A DNA stretch of 32,941 nt from IMG/VR virus record IMGVR_UViG_3300036985_002114, positions 1-32,941 of that record; one strand, given 5' to 3'. Positions 18,721 to 28,221 of the stretch are shown here, one piece after another. Each line of letters starts with the position of its first letter. Position 1 is the stretch's first letter. The notes under the pieces were generated by a model. That model did no database searches. It saw only the letters and a list, made by a program, of their open reading frames with translations, and was not told the DNA's origin. This DNA comes from a virus. Its lineage: Duplodnaviria > Caudoviricetes. The position numbers and the translations under genes were made by a program.

Positions 18721-19785
18721 ATGGAATTGTTCGATAGTTACCAATTTTCAAATTTGGTTTGGTGTGACCAAACCGGACTTTGTGAATACACCGACCCCAA
18801 CGCCCGAATATTATGTTTGGAGTTGAACAACACATGTGGCAAAGATTGCACCCGGTTAATTCTTGAAAACGGGTTGATTCTTTGTGATTGTGGGGATTCA
18901 TGGAATTGTAATTTGTGCGCCAATGACGTTCCATTTTGGATTCCATTTGAAGTTGGCGACACCTTTGATTTCCAATTTCAACAACCGGATGAATTGCCGG
19001 TTGGATGCGAACATGGTTGGTTGCCAACCGATTTGTTGGCGCCATTGAATACATCATTCGCGACATTTGAAATTCGCGGATGTTGTGACGATTTGCCGTT
19101 GGAAATCACAAACGAAATGTTTGGAGTAATTGCGCCCAACCATTATGTTGGGGCGTACACGTCAACGGATTATTTGGGGAATGTATCCAACAACCCAATT
19201 CAAATGATTCGTTTCAATTTGGCCGCAATTGAAACATACATGATTGGCGCCGGTTTGGACCCGTGTTTTTATTTTCTGTTTAATTTTACCGGAACCCGTG
19301 AATGTTTACCAGGCGCGGAAACGCAATCCGAATTTTGTTCGGAGCCGTTCAAAATGATTCCATGTTCACCCGGTCAAAAAACTCACATGGTCGAATCCAT
19401 TTATCCGAAAAACGATTGTTTTGGGACGTACTACGGAACCAATTTCACCGTGGCCAATGGGACGCCATTTCAGTATTCAAACAAAATTCGCATTCCGTCA
19501 TCTTTTGAACGGACCAATTTCAACATAACAAAAGAAACAATTGGAGCCACATTGAAAACAACGTCGGCCCAATATTGTGAAACGTGGTTGATGCGGACGG
19601 CAAATGTTCCGGAAACATACACGCGTTATTTGGTGAATTTGTTCACCGGGCGCGACGTCTTTGTGGATGGGACCGAATATCAAATTCAAGGCGACATAGC
19701 CAAAAATAATGAAACGGGTTCACAATGGTTTTTGGAAATCAATTTCGAACGTTGTGAATGCGACAAATCTTTGACATGTGAATGA
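18721..19785 (+). CDS. Cys-rich virion structural protein
   Basis: 354 aa with about 21 Cys; between tail-tip genes and portal; ATGA-coupled to portal. Confidence 0.6.
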   Translation: MELFDSYQFSNLVWCDQTGLCEYTDPNARILCLELNNTCGKDCTRLILENGLILCDCGDSWNCNLCANDVPFWIPFEVGDTFDFQFQQPDELPVGCEHGWLPTDLLAPLNTSFATFEIRGCCDDLPLEITNEMFGVIAPNHYVGAYTSTDYLGNVSNNPIQMIRFNLAAIETYMIGAGLDPCFYFLFNFTGTRECLPGAETQSEFCSEPFKMIPCSPGQKTHMVESIYPKNDCFGTYYGTNFTVANGTPFQYSNKIRIPSSFERTNFNITKETIGATLKTTSAQYCETWLMRTANVPETYTRYLVNLFTGRDVFVDGTEYQIQGDIAKNNETGSQWFLEINFERCECDKSLTCE

Positions 19786-21467
19786 TTACAATTGAAAACA
19801 TATCGACGGCGTTGTCCGGAGACAATTATCGTCCAAAAAATTGGGAACATTGGAACCGGGTTCGGAATACCATGTTCATCCACACCAGGGGAAAAAACCC
19901 CGGCGAAATATTGACGTCACGTCGTCCCAATGAAGACCCGGACGTTCAAAAATATCGTTTGTCCATTTACGAACCAATCACAAAAGGTTCCATGAATAGG
20001 GCCATCGACAAATTGTTTCGAATATTCCAAAACGCCAATTTTTCCATTTCGGTTTCGGACGAATTGGACACCTATTTAAGCGAACAAAAATTCGATGGCC
20101 AATATTTTTATTCGTACATCCAAAAATTCGTTGTCCGCCGCATGATTGAAGACCCGAACGGTTGGTTGGTGTGGATTCCCATTGGCGAAGGTTTGACCAA
20201 TCCGGCCATCAAAGTGGACGCCGAACCGGTGTTGTTGATGTCCGACCAAATAAAGGTTTTGGAGAAAGGATTATTGACGTGGCAATCAATGGATGAACAT
20301 TCATCCGTCATGGCAAACGGCAAATCACAAATGACCGGTTTGGTTTTTTATTCGTTGACAAATAACGAGTATTTGAAACACACCCAATTTGGCCAGGCCA
20401 TTGACAAAAAATTTGAAACGGTTGTTGTTTACCAACATGACATGGGAACCATTCCCGGAATCATTTTAGGGGGCGACTTAACCGACGACAATTTTTTCGA
20501 TTCTTATTTTTCATCGTTCGTTCCTTTTGCCAACGAGGCAATTCGCCAATATTCCGATTGGACCGCCGTCATGACGACGTCCGCGTTTCCGTACCGCGAG
20601 GAAATCGCAGAAACATGCAACGCAAAAGGTTGTCGCGATGGCGTTGTTTTCAACCATGACAACGAGGAACATGAAACATGTGGCAATTGCAAGGGAACCG
20701 GACGAATCATTTCACGTTCGCCGTTTGGCGTTTTTCTTCGCGAAAAATCCAATCCGGCGTTGGGTGTTGATGGCGACGTCAACGGGCCAATGATTCGTTT
20801 CATTTCACCGGACGTTTCCATCATTGAATATTCGGGCCAGGCATGGCAAACACTTTTGAAGAAAGCCGAAGAGGCCTTACATTTAAACGTCATTGACGAA
20901 AGCCAATCCGGGGTGGCCAAAATGATTGACCGCGAAGATTCATTCAGTCAGTTGACCAAAATATCCAACAACATATTTGACGAAATCATTTTCAAAAGTT
21001 TGTTGTTTATTGAAAAATACCGAAGCGTTGTCCAACCAATGGCGCCGGTCATTACAAAGCCAATTTCGTTTTCGATGAAAACCGAAGAGGATTTGATTGA
21101 TGAATTGAATAAACTATCGGACAAAAATGCGCCCATTGCGTTTTTGGTTGAATCCACAAAAGATTTGGCGCGGAAACGTTTTTCGGGAAACAAATCCATT
21201 TCGCGAATGGTCGAAGTATTGGTTTCATACGACCCAATATTTCATCTAAGCACAAAGGACAAACAAATGTTGTTGGCCGCCGGTTCTATTAAAAAAGACG
21301 ACATGATTCGTTCGTTGTTTGCCTACAAAACGTTGGTGGCCATAACCGCAGAAAACGGAACGGAATTTTTGGAAAAACCATTGGGTGAAATATTCGCCGA
21401 ATTGGACCGCAGAATCCAACCAACCATCGATTCATACGTCACAACCCAATTGATTCAAACCACATGA
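19782..21467 (+). CDS. Portal protein (putative) with an inserted zinc-finger-like motif
   Basis: 561 aa; precedes MuF, scaffold and capsid; ESQSGVAKMID resembles the portal SGxA motif; CNAKGCRDG...CGNCKGTG insert. Confidence 0.75.
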   Translation: MITIENISTALSGDNYRPKNWEHWNRVRNTMFIHTRGKNPGEILTSRRPNEDPDVQKYRLSIYEPITKGSMNRAIDKLFRIFQNANFSISVSDELDTYLSEQKFDGQYFYSYIQKFVVRRMIEDPNGWLVWIPIGEGLTNPAIKVDAEPVLLMSDQIKVLEKGLLTWQSMDEHSSVMANGKSQMTGLVFYSLTNNEYLKHTQFGQAIDKKFETVVVYQHDMGTIPGIILGGDLTDDNFFDSYFSSFVPFANEAIRQYSDWTAVMTTSAFPYREEIAETCNAKGCRDGVVFNHDNEEHETCGNCKGTGRIISRSPFGVFLREKSNPALGVDGDVNGPMIRFISPDVSIIEYSGQAWQTLLKKAEEALHLNVIDESQSGVAKMIDREDSFSQLTKISNNIFDEIIFKSLLFIEKYRSVVQPMAPVITKPISFSMKTEEDLIDELNKLSDKNAPIAFLVESTKDLARKRFSGNKSISRMVEVLVSYDPIFHLSTKDKQMLLAAGSIKKDDMIRSLFAYKTLVAITAENGTEFLEKPLGEIFAELDRRIQPTIDSYVTTQLIQTT

Positions 21468-23239
21468 TTGAATTTGATGACAACGTCATTGAAATCATTC
21501 GTAAACAAGACCGGACAATTTCGGCGGCCAATCAATCATTCTTTGATTCTTTGCCGGCCACCGAACAAAGGATTTTCGCCGCAGTATCAAAACACGTTCA
21601 AAAATTTTCATCCGACGGGGAAAATTTCGTGTTTGATGACGGGAACACATTATTGACCAACCAGGTTGAACGAATCATTTTGGACGCGTTGCAGTCGTCC
21701 AAATATCCATCGGACGTGAACGGGTTTTTGCGGAATTTTGAAAACATCAAACAATTCAATTTTGATGTTCACGGGAACGTCAACGATTTGACGCCGGAAC
21801 AATTGGGTGAATTGATTAATCCAATCCAACGGGCGACGGTTGAACAAACGTTGCAAGGTTTGACGGGTTCGGGCGTTTCCACCAATTTCATTGAACCATT
21901 GCGGACCGGAATATTTCAAAACGTTGTGGCCGGTGCGACCAAATCCGATTTGGAGGCGTATTTGCGCCGTTTCATTTTGGGGAATCCGGAGGTGGATGGA
22001 CTTTTGTCCCGTTACGTCAAACAAGTAAGCCGTGACGCATTGAACCAATTCGATGGCCAGGTCAACGCGAAGATTGCGAATGAATTTGGATTGGACGCAT
22101 ACCGTTATGTTGGTTCGTTGATTGAAGATTCGCGGCCCCAATGTCGTCGATGGGTGGCCATGCAAGTAATCCAAAAAAAGGATTTACCGTCGGAAATTGC
22201 CTGGATGAACGCCAATGGAACGGGAGCCATTCCGGGGACGTCGCCCGAAACGTTTTCCATTTACCGTGGCGGATACAATTGTCGCCATTCGGCCATTCCA
22301 TTCAAGTTGACCAAATCACAACGGGAACAATTGAATTTGGAACCTTTGCCGGCGGACATTGCACCGGCAAAGATTGAACAACAAATAAAAGAGGTTGAAA
22401 AGGAAATTGCCAAAACGGAACAACAAACCGCAAAGGCGACCAAACAAAAGGAAATCAAACCCGAATTGTTTTTATCTACGCAAAACAAATCAACGAATGA
22501 CCAATTCAATGAAATTGCCGCCAATGCAAATGGCATAATTGAAACAATTAATTCAAAAGGAACATTTGTGACATTACGAAAACCGTCGGAATGTACCGGA
22601 CCAGGAACCAATAAATTTGCCCAAGCAACCGGGAAAAAATTGACTTTGCCGACATATCAAATTGGAACGGTTTCCACCAATTCGGGCGGCAATTGCGCCA
22701 CAAACAATTCATATTTGAACATAAAAATTGGCAAAGGGGACAAAATTGAATTTAAGAAATACGACATTGAATCCACCGAAGATTGGATGAATCAACACGC
22801 GGAAAAACATGGATACAAAATCCGGACATCCGGTGAAAAAAAACTAATGACAAAGGATGTTTCACGCGGATATGTTATTGCCGGAGAATTGGAAAATGGC
22901 AAATTTAAGCCATGGACCATTTCAACGATTGCAAGGGATATCGACCAAAACATTGCACCAACTATCACACATGAAATGGCGCATGCAATACAAAACGCAA
23001 ATGACCCCGGTCGCGCGTCCATAATTGGGCCTTTGTTGCGTGAAAAGGGTTTGAAATTAGGTGACGCGCCAACCTTATATGGCCAAACAAACAACCAGGA
23101 GTTTTGGACCGAATCGTTTTCATCGTATGTATATGCCAACGATTGGTTGAAGATGTCACACCCGAAGGTTTTTGAATTTGTTGAAGATTATTTAAAAGCC
23201 ATGAAAATTGATATTAACACCGTAAAAATTGCCAAATGA
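21464..23239 (+). CDS. Minor head protein (MuF/SPP1 gp7-like) fused to a C-terminal zincin metallopeptidase domain
   Basis: DSRPQC...GGYNCRH (22268-22288) head-morphogenesis motif, a coiled linker, then HEMAH (22970-22984) and YGQTNNQEFWTESF. Confidence 0.8.
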   Translation: MIEFDDNVIEIIRKQDRTISAANQSFFDSLPATEQRIFAAVSKHVQKFSSDGENFVFDDGNTLLTNQVERIILDALQSSKYPSDVNGFLRNFENIKQFNFDVHGNVNDLTPEQLGELINPIQRATVEQTLQGLTGSGVSTNFIEPLRTGIFQNVVAGATKSDLEAYLRRFILGNPEVDGLLSRYVKQVSRDALNQFDGQVNAKIANEFGLDAYRYVGSLIEDSRPQCRRWVAMQVIQKKDLPSEIAWMNANGTGAIPGTSPETFSIYRGGYNCRHSAIPFKLTKSQREQLNLEPLPADIAPAKIEQQIKEVEKEIAKTEQQTAKATKQKEIKPELFLSTQNKSTNDQFNEIAANANGIIETINSKGTFVTLRKPSECTGPGTNKFAQATGKKLTLPTYQIGTVSTNSGGNCATNNSYLNIKIGKGDKIEFKKYDIESTEDWMNQHAEKHGYKIRTSGEKKLMTKDVSRGYVIAGELENGKFKPWTISTIARDIDQNIAPTITHEMAHAIQNANDPGRASIIGPLLREKGLKLGDAPTLYGQTNNQEFWTESFSSYVYANDWLKMSHPKVFEFVEDYLKAMKIDINTVKIAK

Positions 23240-23427
23240 CCATTGAACAAATGCAAAAATTGTCGGAATTGACAACGGCGGCGGCCGAAAAAAACGACAT
23301 TGCCACATTAAAGAAAATCAAAACAATCATTGACCAGGATATCGAAGAAAATGGAATTGAAACCACATTTGGAATCGAATGGTTTGAATCTTCATTGACC
23401 GGCCAACAATTGGCCGAAATTCAATGA
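23236..23427 (+). CDS. Small acidic protein coupled to the MuF-peptidase gene
   Basis: 63 aa; ATGA overlap; followed by a new promoter box. Confidence 0.7.
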   Translation: MTIEQMQKLSELTTAAAEKNDIATLKKIKTIIDQDIEENGIETTFGIEWFESSLTGQQLAEIQ

Positions 23428-23440
23428 TTTTGTATATTTG
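23410..23440 (+). promoter_or_regulatory. Bacteroidota-type promoter for the scaffold/capsid operon
   Basis: TTG at 23410-23412, 20-bp spacer, TATATTTG at 23433-23440. Confidence 0.65.
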
Positions 23441-23456
23441 ACGAAACAAATCAAAA

Positions 23457-23750
23457 ATGACAAATAAAATCAGAATTCAAAACGTCAAAACGGGCAAAAT
23501 TTCCGAGGTGACACAATTCGCGTGGAACACGTTGAAGAACGGCGGCAAATCTAAAATTTACGAAATTTTGAACAAACCAACCGAAGCCGTAAAATTCAAC
23601 GCGCCAAAAATTGTGGAATCAAAACCGGTGGCAATCGTTGAAGAGGTTTCCGATATCGAATTGGAATCCGAAACGGATTCAATGGACGAAATCCAATCCA
23701 ACGGAACCGAATCCAAACCCATGAAAAAAGGCCGCAAACCAAAAAACTAA
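23457..23750 (+). CDS. Hypothetical head-module protein with acidic linker and basic tail
   Basis: Ends KKGRKPKN; A-rich leader. Confidence 0.7.
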   Translation: MTNKIRIQNVKTGKISEVTQFAWNTLKNGGKSKIYEILNKPTEAVKFNAPKIVESKPVAIVEEVSDIELESETDSMDEIQSNGTESKPMKKGRKPKN

Positions 23751-23754
23751 TTAC

Positions 23755-24591
23755 ATGACCAACATTGAAAAATTCCTAAAGAAAATTGGCGTTCCATCGG
23801 ATGCCATTAATAAGTTGAACACCGAAGCCGAGGACGTCAATATTGAGGACATTGCCGCAGAATATCAAATCATTCAACGCGACGTTTTGAAAAACAACCC
23901 GGATTTCATTGGAACCATTCGCGACGAAATCAAAGGAACCGAATTGTCCAAAATCGAACACAAAATCAAAAAAACATTTGGTTTGTCGTCCGATGACGTC
24001 AAAGACAAAAAATTTGATGAAATCATTGGGGTGGCGTTTGAAAAAACAACCAGGAGCGCCGGAGCCGGAGCCGAAGAACTACAAAACCGTTTGATTGACT
24101 TGACAAACGAAAACAAACGGTTGGTGGATGAAATCATTCCGGCAAAGGAAAACGAGGCGAAACAAGCCATCAAAACGTTCAAACGTGAATCGTTCATTCA
24201 AAGTGCAATTACAAAACGTTCGTTGATTGTTTCCGCCGCAGTCGTCAACCCGGCAGTTCGTTCGTACCTGGATGCAAATTTCAACATGGACGTCGATGAC
24301 AATGGCGAAATCATTGTGAAAACGAAAAACAATTTGAATCCGTTGAATAATGATGGAACGAAAATCGTTACATTTGATGAAATATTGGATGGACATTTGA
24401 ACGAATTGGGTGTTGTGAAACAATCAAACGGAAATGCACCCACCCCACAACAAAAGCCAAATGGAATTCAAACATCCACCCAAACGACGGGCGCGGATGT
24501 TCCGAAATACCAATTGGCCGGAATGGCAAAGGCCCAAGCCAATGCTGTTTCTTTGCAGAGTATGAAGGTATTCGGAAACGAATCCAAATAA
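23755..24591 (+). CDS. Capsid scaffolding protein (putative)
   Basis: Charged coiled-coil with a flexible C-terminal tail, immediately before the major capsid gene. Confidence 0.65.
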   Translation: MTNIEKFLKKIGVPSDAINKLNTEAEDVNIEDIAAEYQIIQRDVLKNNPDFIGTIRDEIKGTELSKIEHKIKKTFGLSSDDVKDKKFDEIIGVAFEKTTRSAGAGAEELQNRLIDLTNENKRLVDEIIPAKENEAKQAIKTFKRESFIQSAITKRSLIVSAAVVNPAVRSYLDANFNMDVDDNGEIIVKTKNNLNPLNNDGTKIVTFDEILDGHLNELGVVKQSNGNAPTPQQKPNGIQTSTQTTGADVPKYQLAGMAKAQANAVSLQSMKVFGNESK

Positions 24592-24595
24592 AAAA

Positions 24596-24721
24596 GGGCC
24601 GTCGGGCCGTAAACGAACCACCGGGTTTTGGCCAACCGTAAAGGCCGACCGGGGAACCGACCCAAATTCGGAATGATTGCCATGATGGCGACCATTGCGC
24701 GTTTGGGTTTTTCCGTTTCCC
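24596..24721 (+). ncRNA. Candidate structured RNA leader of the major capsid gene
   Basis: GC-rich intergenic segment with nested stems: 24651-57/24715-21, 24659-66/24702-09, 24672-82/24686-96 and 24601-05/24645-49. Confidence 0.45.
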
Positions 24722-24763
24722 AAAAAAAAACACACAAAAATTTAATTTAAAAAAATTACAAAA

Positions 24764-25789
24764 ATGGCATTTACTCAAGGACTTTGTCAAAAATTACAAG
24801 CGGATTTGAATTCCGTGGCCGGCATAAACGCACCGGCATTGAAGCGCGACCGCGTCGGATATTTGGACGCGTTGATGAGTGACGAAAACCGAAGCGGATT
24901 CGAAGCAATTCCAATTCCATCAAACGGCAAAAATCGTTCGGTTCAAGTGAACTACATTCAGCGCGGAACCGCGTCGTCCGTTAACCTAACATGTACGGCG
25001 TCATGCGACACCGACCAAGAGATTTCACCGTTGGAAACAATTGTGACAATTACGGATTGCATTGAAACAAAAGGAATGTTATTCAGCGAAGACCAAATGA
25101 GGAAACTTTGCGAAGCAGATTCGGTTTATGTTTCAAACGTCATCATGGCGCAAATGAACGCCATCAACACGGCGTTGAACAACCAATTGTTGGCCGACCA
25201 GGCGACCAATTTCGGCAAATTTGCGGATGGCACAACCCAAAAGGACATCCAATTGTTTGACGCGACATCAAACGCGCCGCGCGGAATTGCGGCGGCCCAA
25301 ATCCGTCATGAATACGATTTGGTGGGAGCGTCCGGAGCGCCAATGATTATTGGCGGCGGAAACTTTGATTTGTACGCAAAGACCCAACAAATTGCGTGTT
25401 GCAATTCATCAACCGGAATTGATTTGAGCCGTTGGACCGACTATCGTTATTACAACGACCGTTTTGTTGACACCGTAATTGGCGCCAACGAATTCATTGT
25501 TTTGGCCCCTGGAGCCGTTCAACTTTTGACGTGGAACAAATACGTTGGTGACTACGCAAAGCGAAACGACGTGTTTGAACATGGAACCATAACCGACCCG
25601 TTTACCGGTTTGACATACGATTTGAAGGTTCATTATGACGATTGCGCGGACCAATGGTCAATCAAATTGCAATTGAATTGGGGATTGTTCTTCATTCCGG
25701 CCAACGCGTTTGGTGCAACCGACATCAACACCGGCGTGAATTACACATTCCATTTTGCAGATTGTTCAACAATAATCGGATGTGAATAA
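24764..25789 (+). CDS. Major capsid protein (putative)
   Basis: 341 aa; follows the scaffold; strong A-rich initiation region; size and position fit an HK97-fold capsid protein. Confidence 0.75.
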   Translation: MAFTQGLCQKLQADLNSVAGINAPALKRDRVGYLDALMSDENRSGFEAIPIPSNGKNRSVQVNYIQRGTASSVNLTCTASCDTDQEISPLETIVTITDCIETKGMLFSEDQMRKLCEADSVYVSNVIMAQMNAINTALNNQLLADQATNFGKFADGTTQKDIQLFDATSNAPRGIAAAQIRHEYDLVGASGAPMIIGGGNFDLYAKTQQIACCNSSTGIDLSRWTDYRYYNDRFVDTVIGANEFIVLAPGAVQLLTWNKYVGDYAKRNDVFEHGTITDPFTGLTYDLKVHYDDCADQWSIKLQLNWGLFFIPANAFGATDINTGVNYTFHFADCSTIIGCE

Positions 25790-25823
25790 TCATAAAAGTT
25801 TAATTTAAAAAAAAAGCAAAAAA

Positions 25824-26366
25824 ATGGCATTATGTACAACATCGTGCGCGCCGGATTTACCGGCCGCACCGTCCGCCGGATGTGGCGTGACAACCCGAAA
25901 TGGAGGCATTTCAAAATTGGCATTCATCAAATGTGACTACACGTTCACGGATGTAAGCAACCGAACCGAATGGATTGCGGCCATTGCCGCCGGTGACGTT
26001 GTTTTGACCGGTTTGTTGTTAGGTCAAAAGGCGAAAGGCTCGTTTACCAAAAAACGGGTTTCATCATGTTCGCCGGAATCCATCGTTGGTGGCGAAAAAT
26101 CGGTGACCTTTCAAGATTACAACGCTGACCCCGACGATTGTACGGACGTCACGTTTTACAACACAATCCAATTGAACGCGCCGTTGTATCAATTCGGATA
26201 CTACACATGTGACGGGTATTTTTACGGGCCAATCGAATCATTCACAATGGAGGTTGACCAGGTCATCGAAGACAACAACACGGGTTCAATTTATTTTGAT
26301 GGAACCGTGAGTTGGAATTCAACGACCATTCCATGTGGCGTTGAAGTGAATTTGGATGGTATTTAA
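25824..26366 (+). CDS. Major tail (tube) protein (putative)
   Basis: 180 aa, beta-rich, GGISKLAF near the N-terminus; same leader as the capsid gene; followed by a strong terminator. Confidence 0.55.
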   Translation: MALCTTSCAPDLPAAPSAGCGVTTRNGGISKLAFIKCDYTFTDVSNRTEWIAAIAAGDVVLTGLLLGQKAKGSFTKKRVSSCSPESIVGGEKSVTFQDYNADPDDCTDVTFYNTIQLNAPLYQFGYYTCDGYFYGPIESFTMEVDQVIEDNNTGSIYFDGTVSWNSTTIPCGVEVNLDGI

Positions 26367-26389
26367 TACCGTTTCAATGTTGATGTAAT

Positions 26390-26427
26390 AAAAACCCGAC
26401 CAACGATTGTTGGTCGGGTTTTTTATT
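26390..26427. terminator. Rho-independent terminator, probably bidirectional
   Basis: AAAAACCCGACCAAC-GATT-GTTGGTCGGGTTTTT perfect inverted repeat with A and T tails. Confidence 0.92.
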
Positions 26428-26453
26428 CTAACTTTATAAAAAATTCAAATGAC

Positions 26454-27299
26454 ATGGCGTTAACGATTAGTGATTGTTTAGTTCCACAAGGTTCCGGACC
26501 TAATTTCATATATGGCAGATGTTGTGGCCAAATTTCTTGCATCGTAACAAACACGGAACCATTTCCAGTTTTGATTCAAGACGTTTTGGGGAATTTTTTG
26601 GATGAAATATTTTTGTTTCAAAACTTAATTTTTACATACCAGGGTTCATTCGTATCGACCCCATTTCTCGTTTTGCCAAATACATCATTTACGATTAATT
26701 TTGATGTTTGCGCCGGCAACATTGGCGATTTGGATGAATTAGTCATTCAATTCGTGAATGATGCAACCGGAGTTGAAACATTCAACTTTGATTTTGAGGC
26801 CATTGATATGTCAACCACCGTTGACACATCGTCAATTGATTTTGGGACGGTTAATTTGAACACAATCAACCCGGTGAACATTACAATTACGAATCCAACC
26901 GTTTTTTGTTACAATTTTCCAATAACAACGGATTGTCCGGATTTTATTATTTCTCCGGAAGAAACAATGAATTTGTGTTTGGATGAATTCCAAACCATTC
27001 AAATCACATGGCAACCATCGACCATTGGTCCAATATCTTGCAATGTTTCCGTTGATTCGGATTGTCAGCAATTTGTTATTCCAATAACGGGGACCGCCGT
27101 AGAGGGACCAACGCCGCCATCCGGGGGAAACGATGTTTCCGGCAAAAAAACCGCCGTTGATTGTCCAACCGGAAATTGTGGTTTGTTTAATCCACAACCG
27201 GCGTTTGCCCAAACAACAAAAAATTCAATTCAACAAATTTCACGCGCTACATTGCCAAAAGGCGGACCGGGCCGTGGAACAAATTTTGGACGAAAATGA
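26454..27299 (+). CDS. Ig-like virion accessory protein, paralog of the N-terminus of 15529-18702
   Basis: Shared GP...CCG, P..V....FT....C and DF.........T..NPT pattern. Confidence 0.6.
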   Translation: MALTISDCLVPQGSGPNFIYGRCCGQISCIVTNTEPFPVLIQDVLGNFLDEIFLFQNLIFTYQGSFVSTPFLVLPNTSFTINFDVCAGNIGDLDELVIQFVNDATGVETFNFDFEAIDMSTTVDTSSIDFGTVNLNTINPVNITITNPTVFCYNFPITTDCPDFIISPEETMNLCLDEFQTIQITWQPSTIGPISCNVSVDSDCQQFVIPITGTAVEGPTPPSGGNDVSGKKTAVDCPTGNCGLFNPQPAFAQTTKNSIQQISRATLPKGGPGRGTNFGRK

Positions 27300-27715
27300 T
27301 TTACCACCGCGACAAATTAGAAATGACGCCGGATTTGCTTGAATCCGCCGTGTTGACTTTACACAAAGCAATTTGGCCACATGACGTGTTCGTTGTGGCG
27401 ACCAATGAAAAGCATATTGAACGTATGGAAAGTATGGAATCCGTTGCAAAATGCAAATTTTCCAAACCGTCATGGATTAAAAATATTAATAAAAACGAGG
27501 CCGTTATTTTCACAATAACGTCCGGAATGTTTCGCAGAAAAAACGACCGCGCCATCATTGCCGCCCTGGATTACACAAAGGGCGAAAATGAAGGTTTGAC
27601 AATTGATGTGATTGATGGACCCAAATTTTCAATTTTTTATTTTGCCATCAAAAACAAAAAATCAAAGGAAAACGACGAACCCGAAACATTAGAAACAACC
27701 GATGAAAAAAAATGA
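27296..27715 (+). CDS. Hypothetical protein
   Basis: ATGA-coupled on both sides. Confidence 0.7.
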   Translation: MIYHRDKLEMTPDLLESAVLTLHKAIWPHDVFVVATNEKHIERMESMESVAKCKFSKPSWIKNINKNEAVIFTITSGMFRRKNDRAIIAALDYTKGENEGLTIDVIDGPKFSIFYFAIKNKKSKENDEPETLETTDEKK

Positions 27716-28221
27716 AACAAGAATTCAAATATTTGGTCATCCATTGCACCGCAACGAGGGAGGGCCAAAATATAACGACCGACGACATTATTCGTTGGCA
27801 TACCACACCGCCACCAAATGGTAGGGGTTGGAAACGCGTTGGATATTCCGATTTGATTATGTTGGATGGAACGCGAAAAACTTTTGTCAAACACAATGGC
27901 GACAAATGGATTGATGACGCGGAAATCACAAATGGAGTGAAAGGAATCAACGCCGTTTCGCGTCATGTCGTTTACGCCGGGGGATTGAATAAAGATGGAA
28001 GCCGGGTGAAAAACACATTGAACAATTCCCAATCCCAAACGTTGGCCGCCATAATTGATGAAGTTTTAAGATATCAACCGGACGTTTTGATTGCCGGTCA
28101 CAACCAATTTGACAACAAAGGTTGTCCATCATTTTGGGTTCCATCTTATTTGGAATCTTTGTGGATACCGGACAAAAATATTTACAAAAAAGACCCTTTC
28201 GGATATGGCTTCATGCTTTGA
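27712..28221 (+). CDS. Endolysin, N-acetylmuramoyl-L-alanine amidase (T7 lysozyme/Amidase_2-like)
   Basis: LVIHCTAT, GRGWKRVGY and GHNQFDNKGCPSF supply the His/His/Cys zinc ligands and catalytic Tyr. Confidence 0.92.
   Translation: MKQEFKYLVIHCTATREGQNITTDDIIRWHTTPPPNGRGWKRVGYSDLIMLDGTRKTFVKHNGDKWIDDAEITNGVKGINAVSRHVVYAGGLNKDGSRVKNTLNNSQSQTLAAIIDEVLRYQPDVLIAGHNQFDNKGCPSFWVPSYLESLWIPDKNIYKKDPFGYGFML

Noticed and set aside
24596-24721. Known riboswitch, ribozyme or tRNA
   Set aside because: I see no cloverleaf or T-loop, no hammerhead core and no c-di-GMP consensus by eye; kept only as an unclassified structured element.
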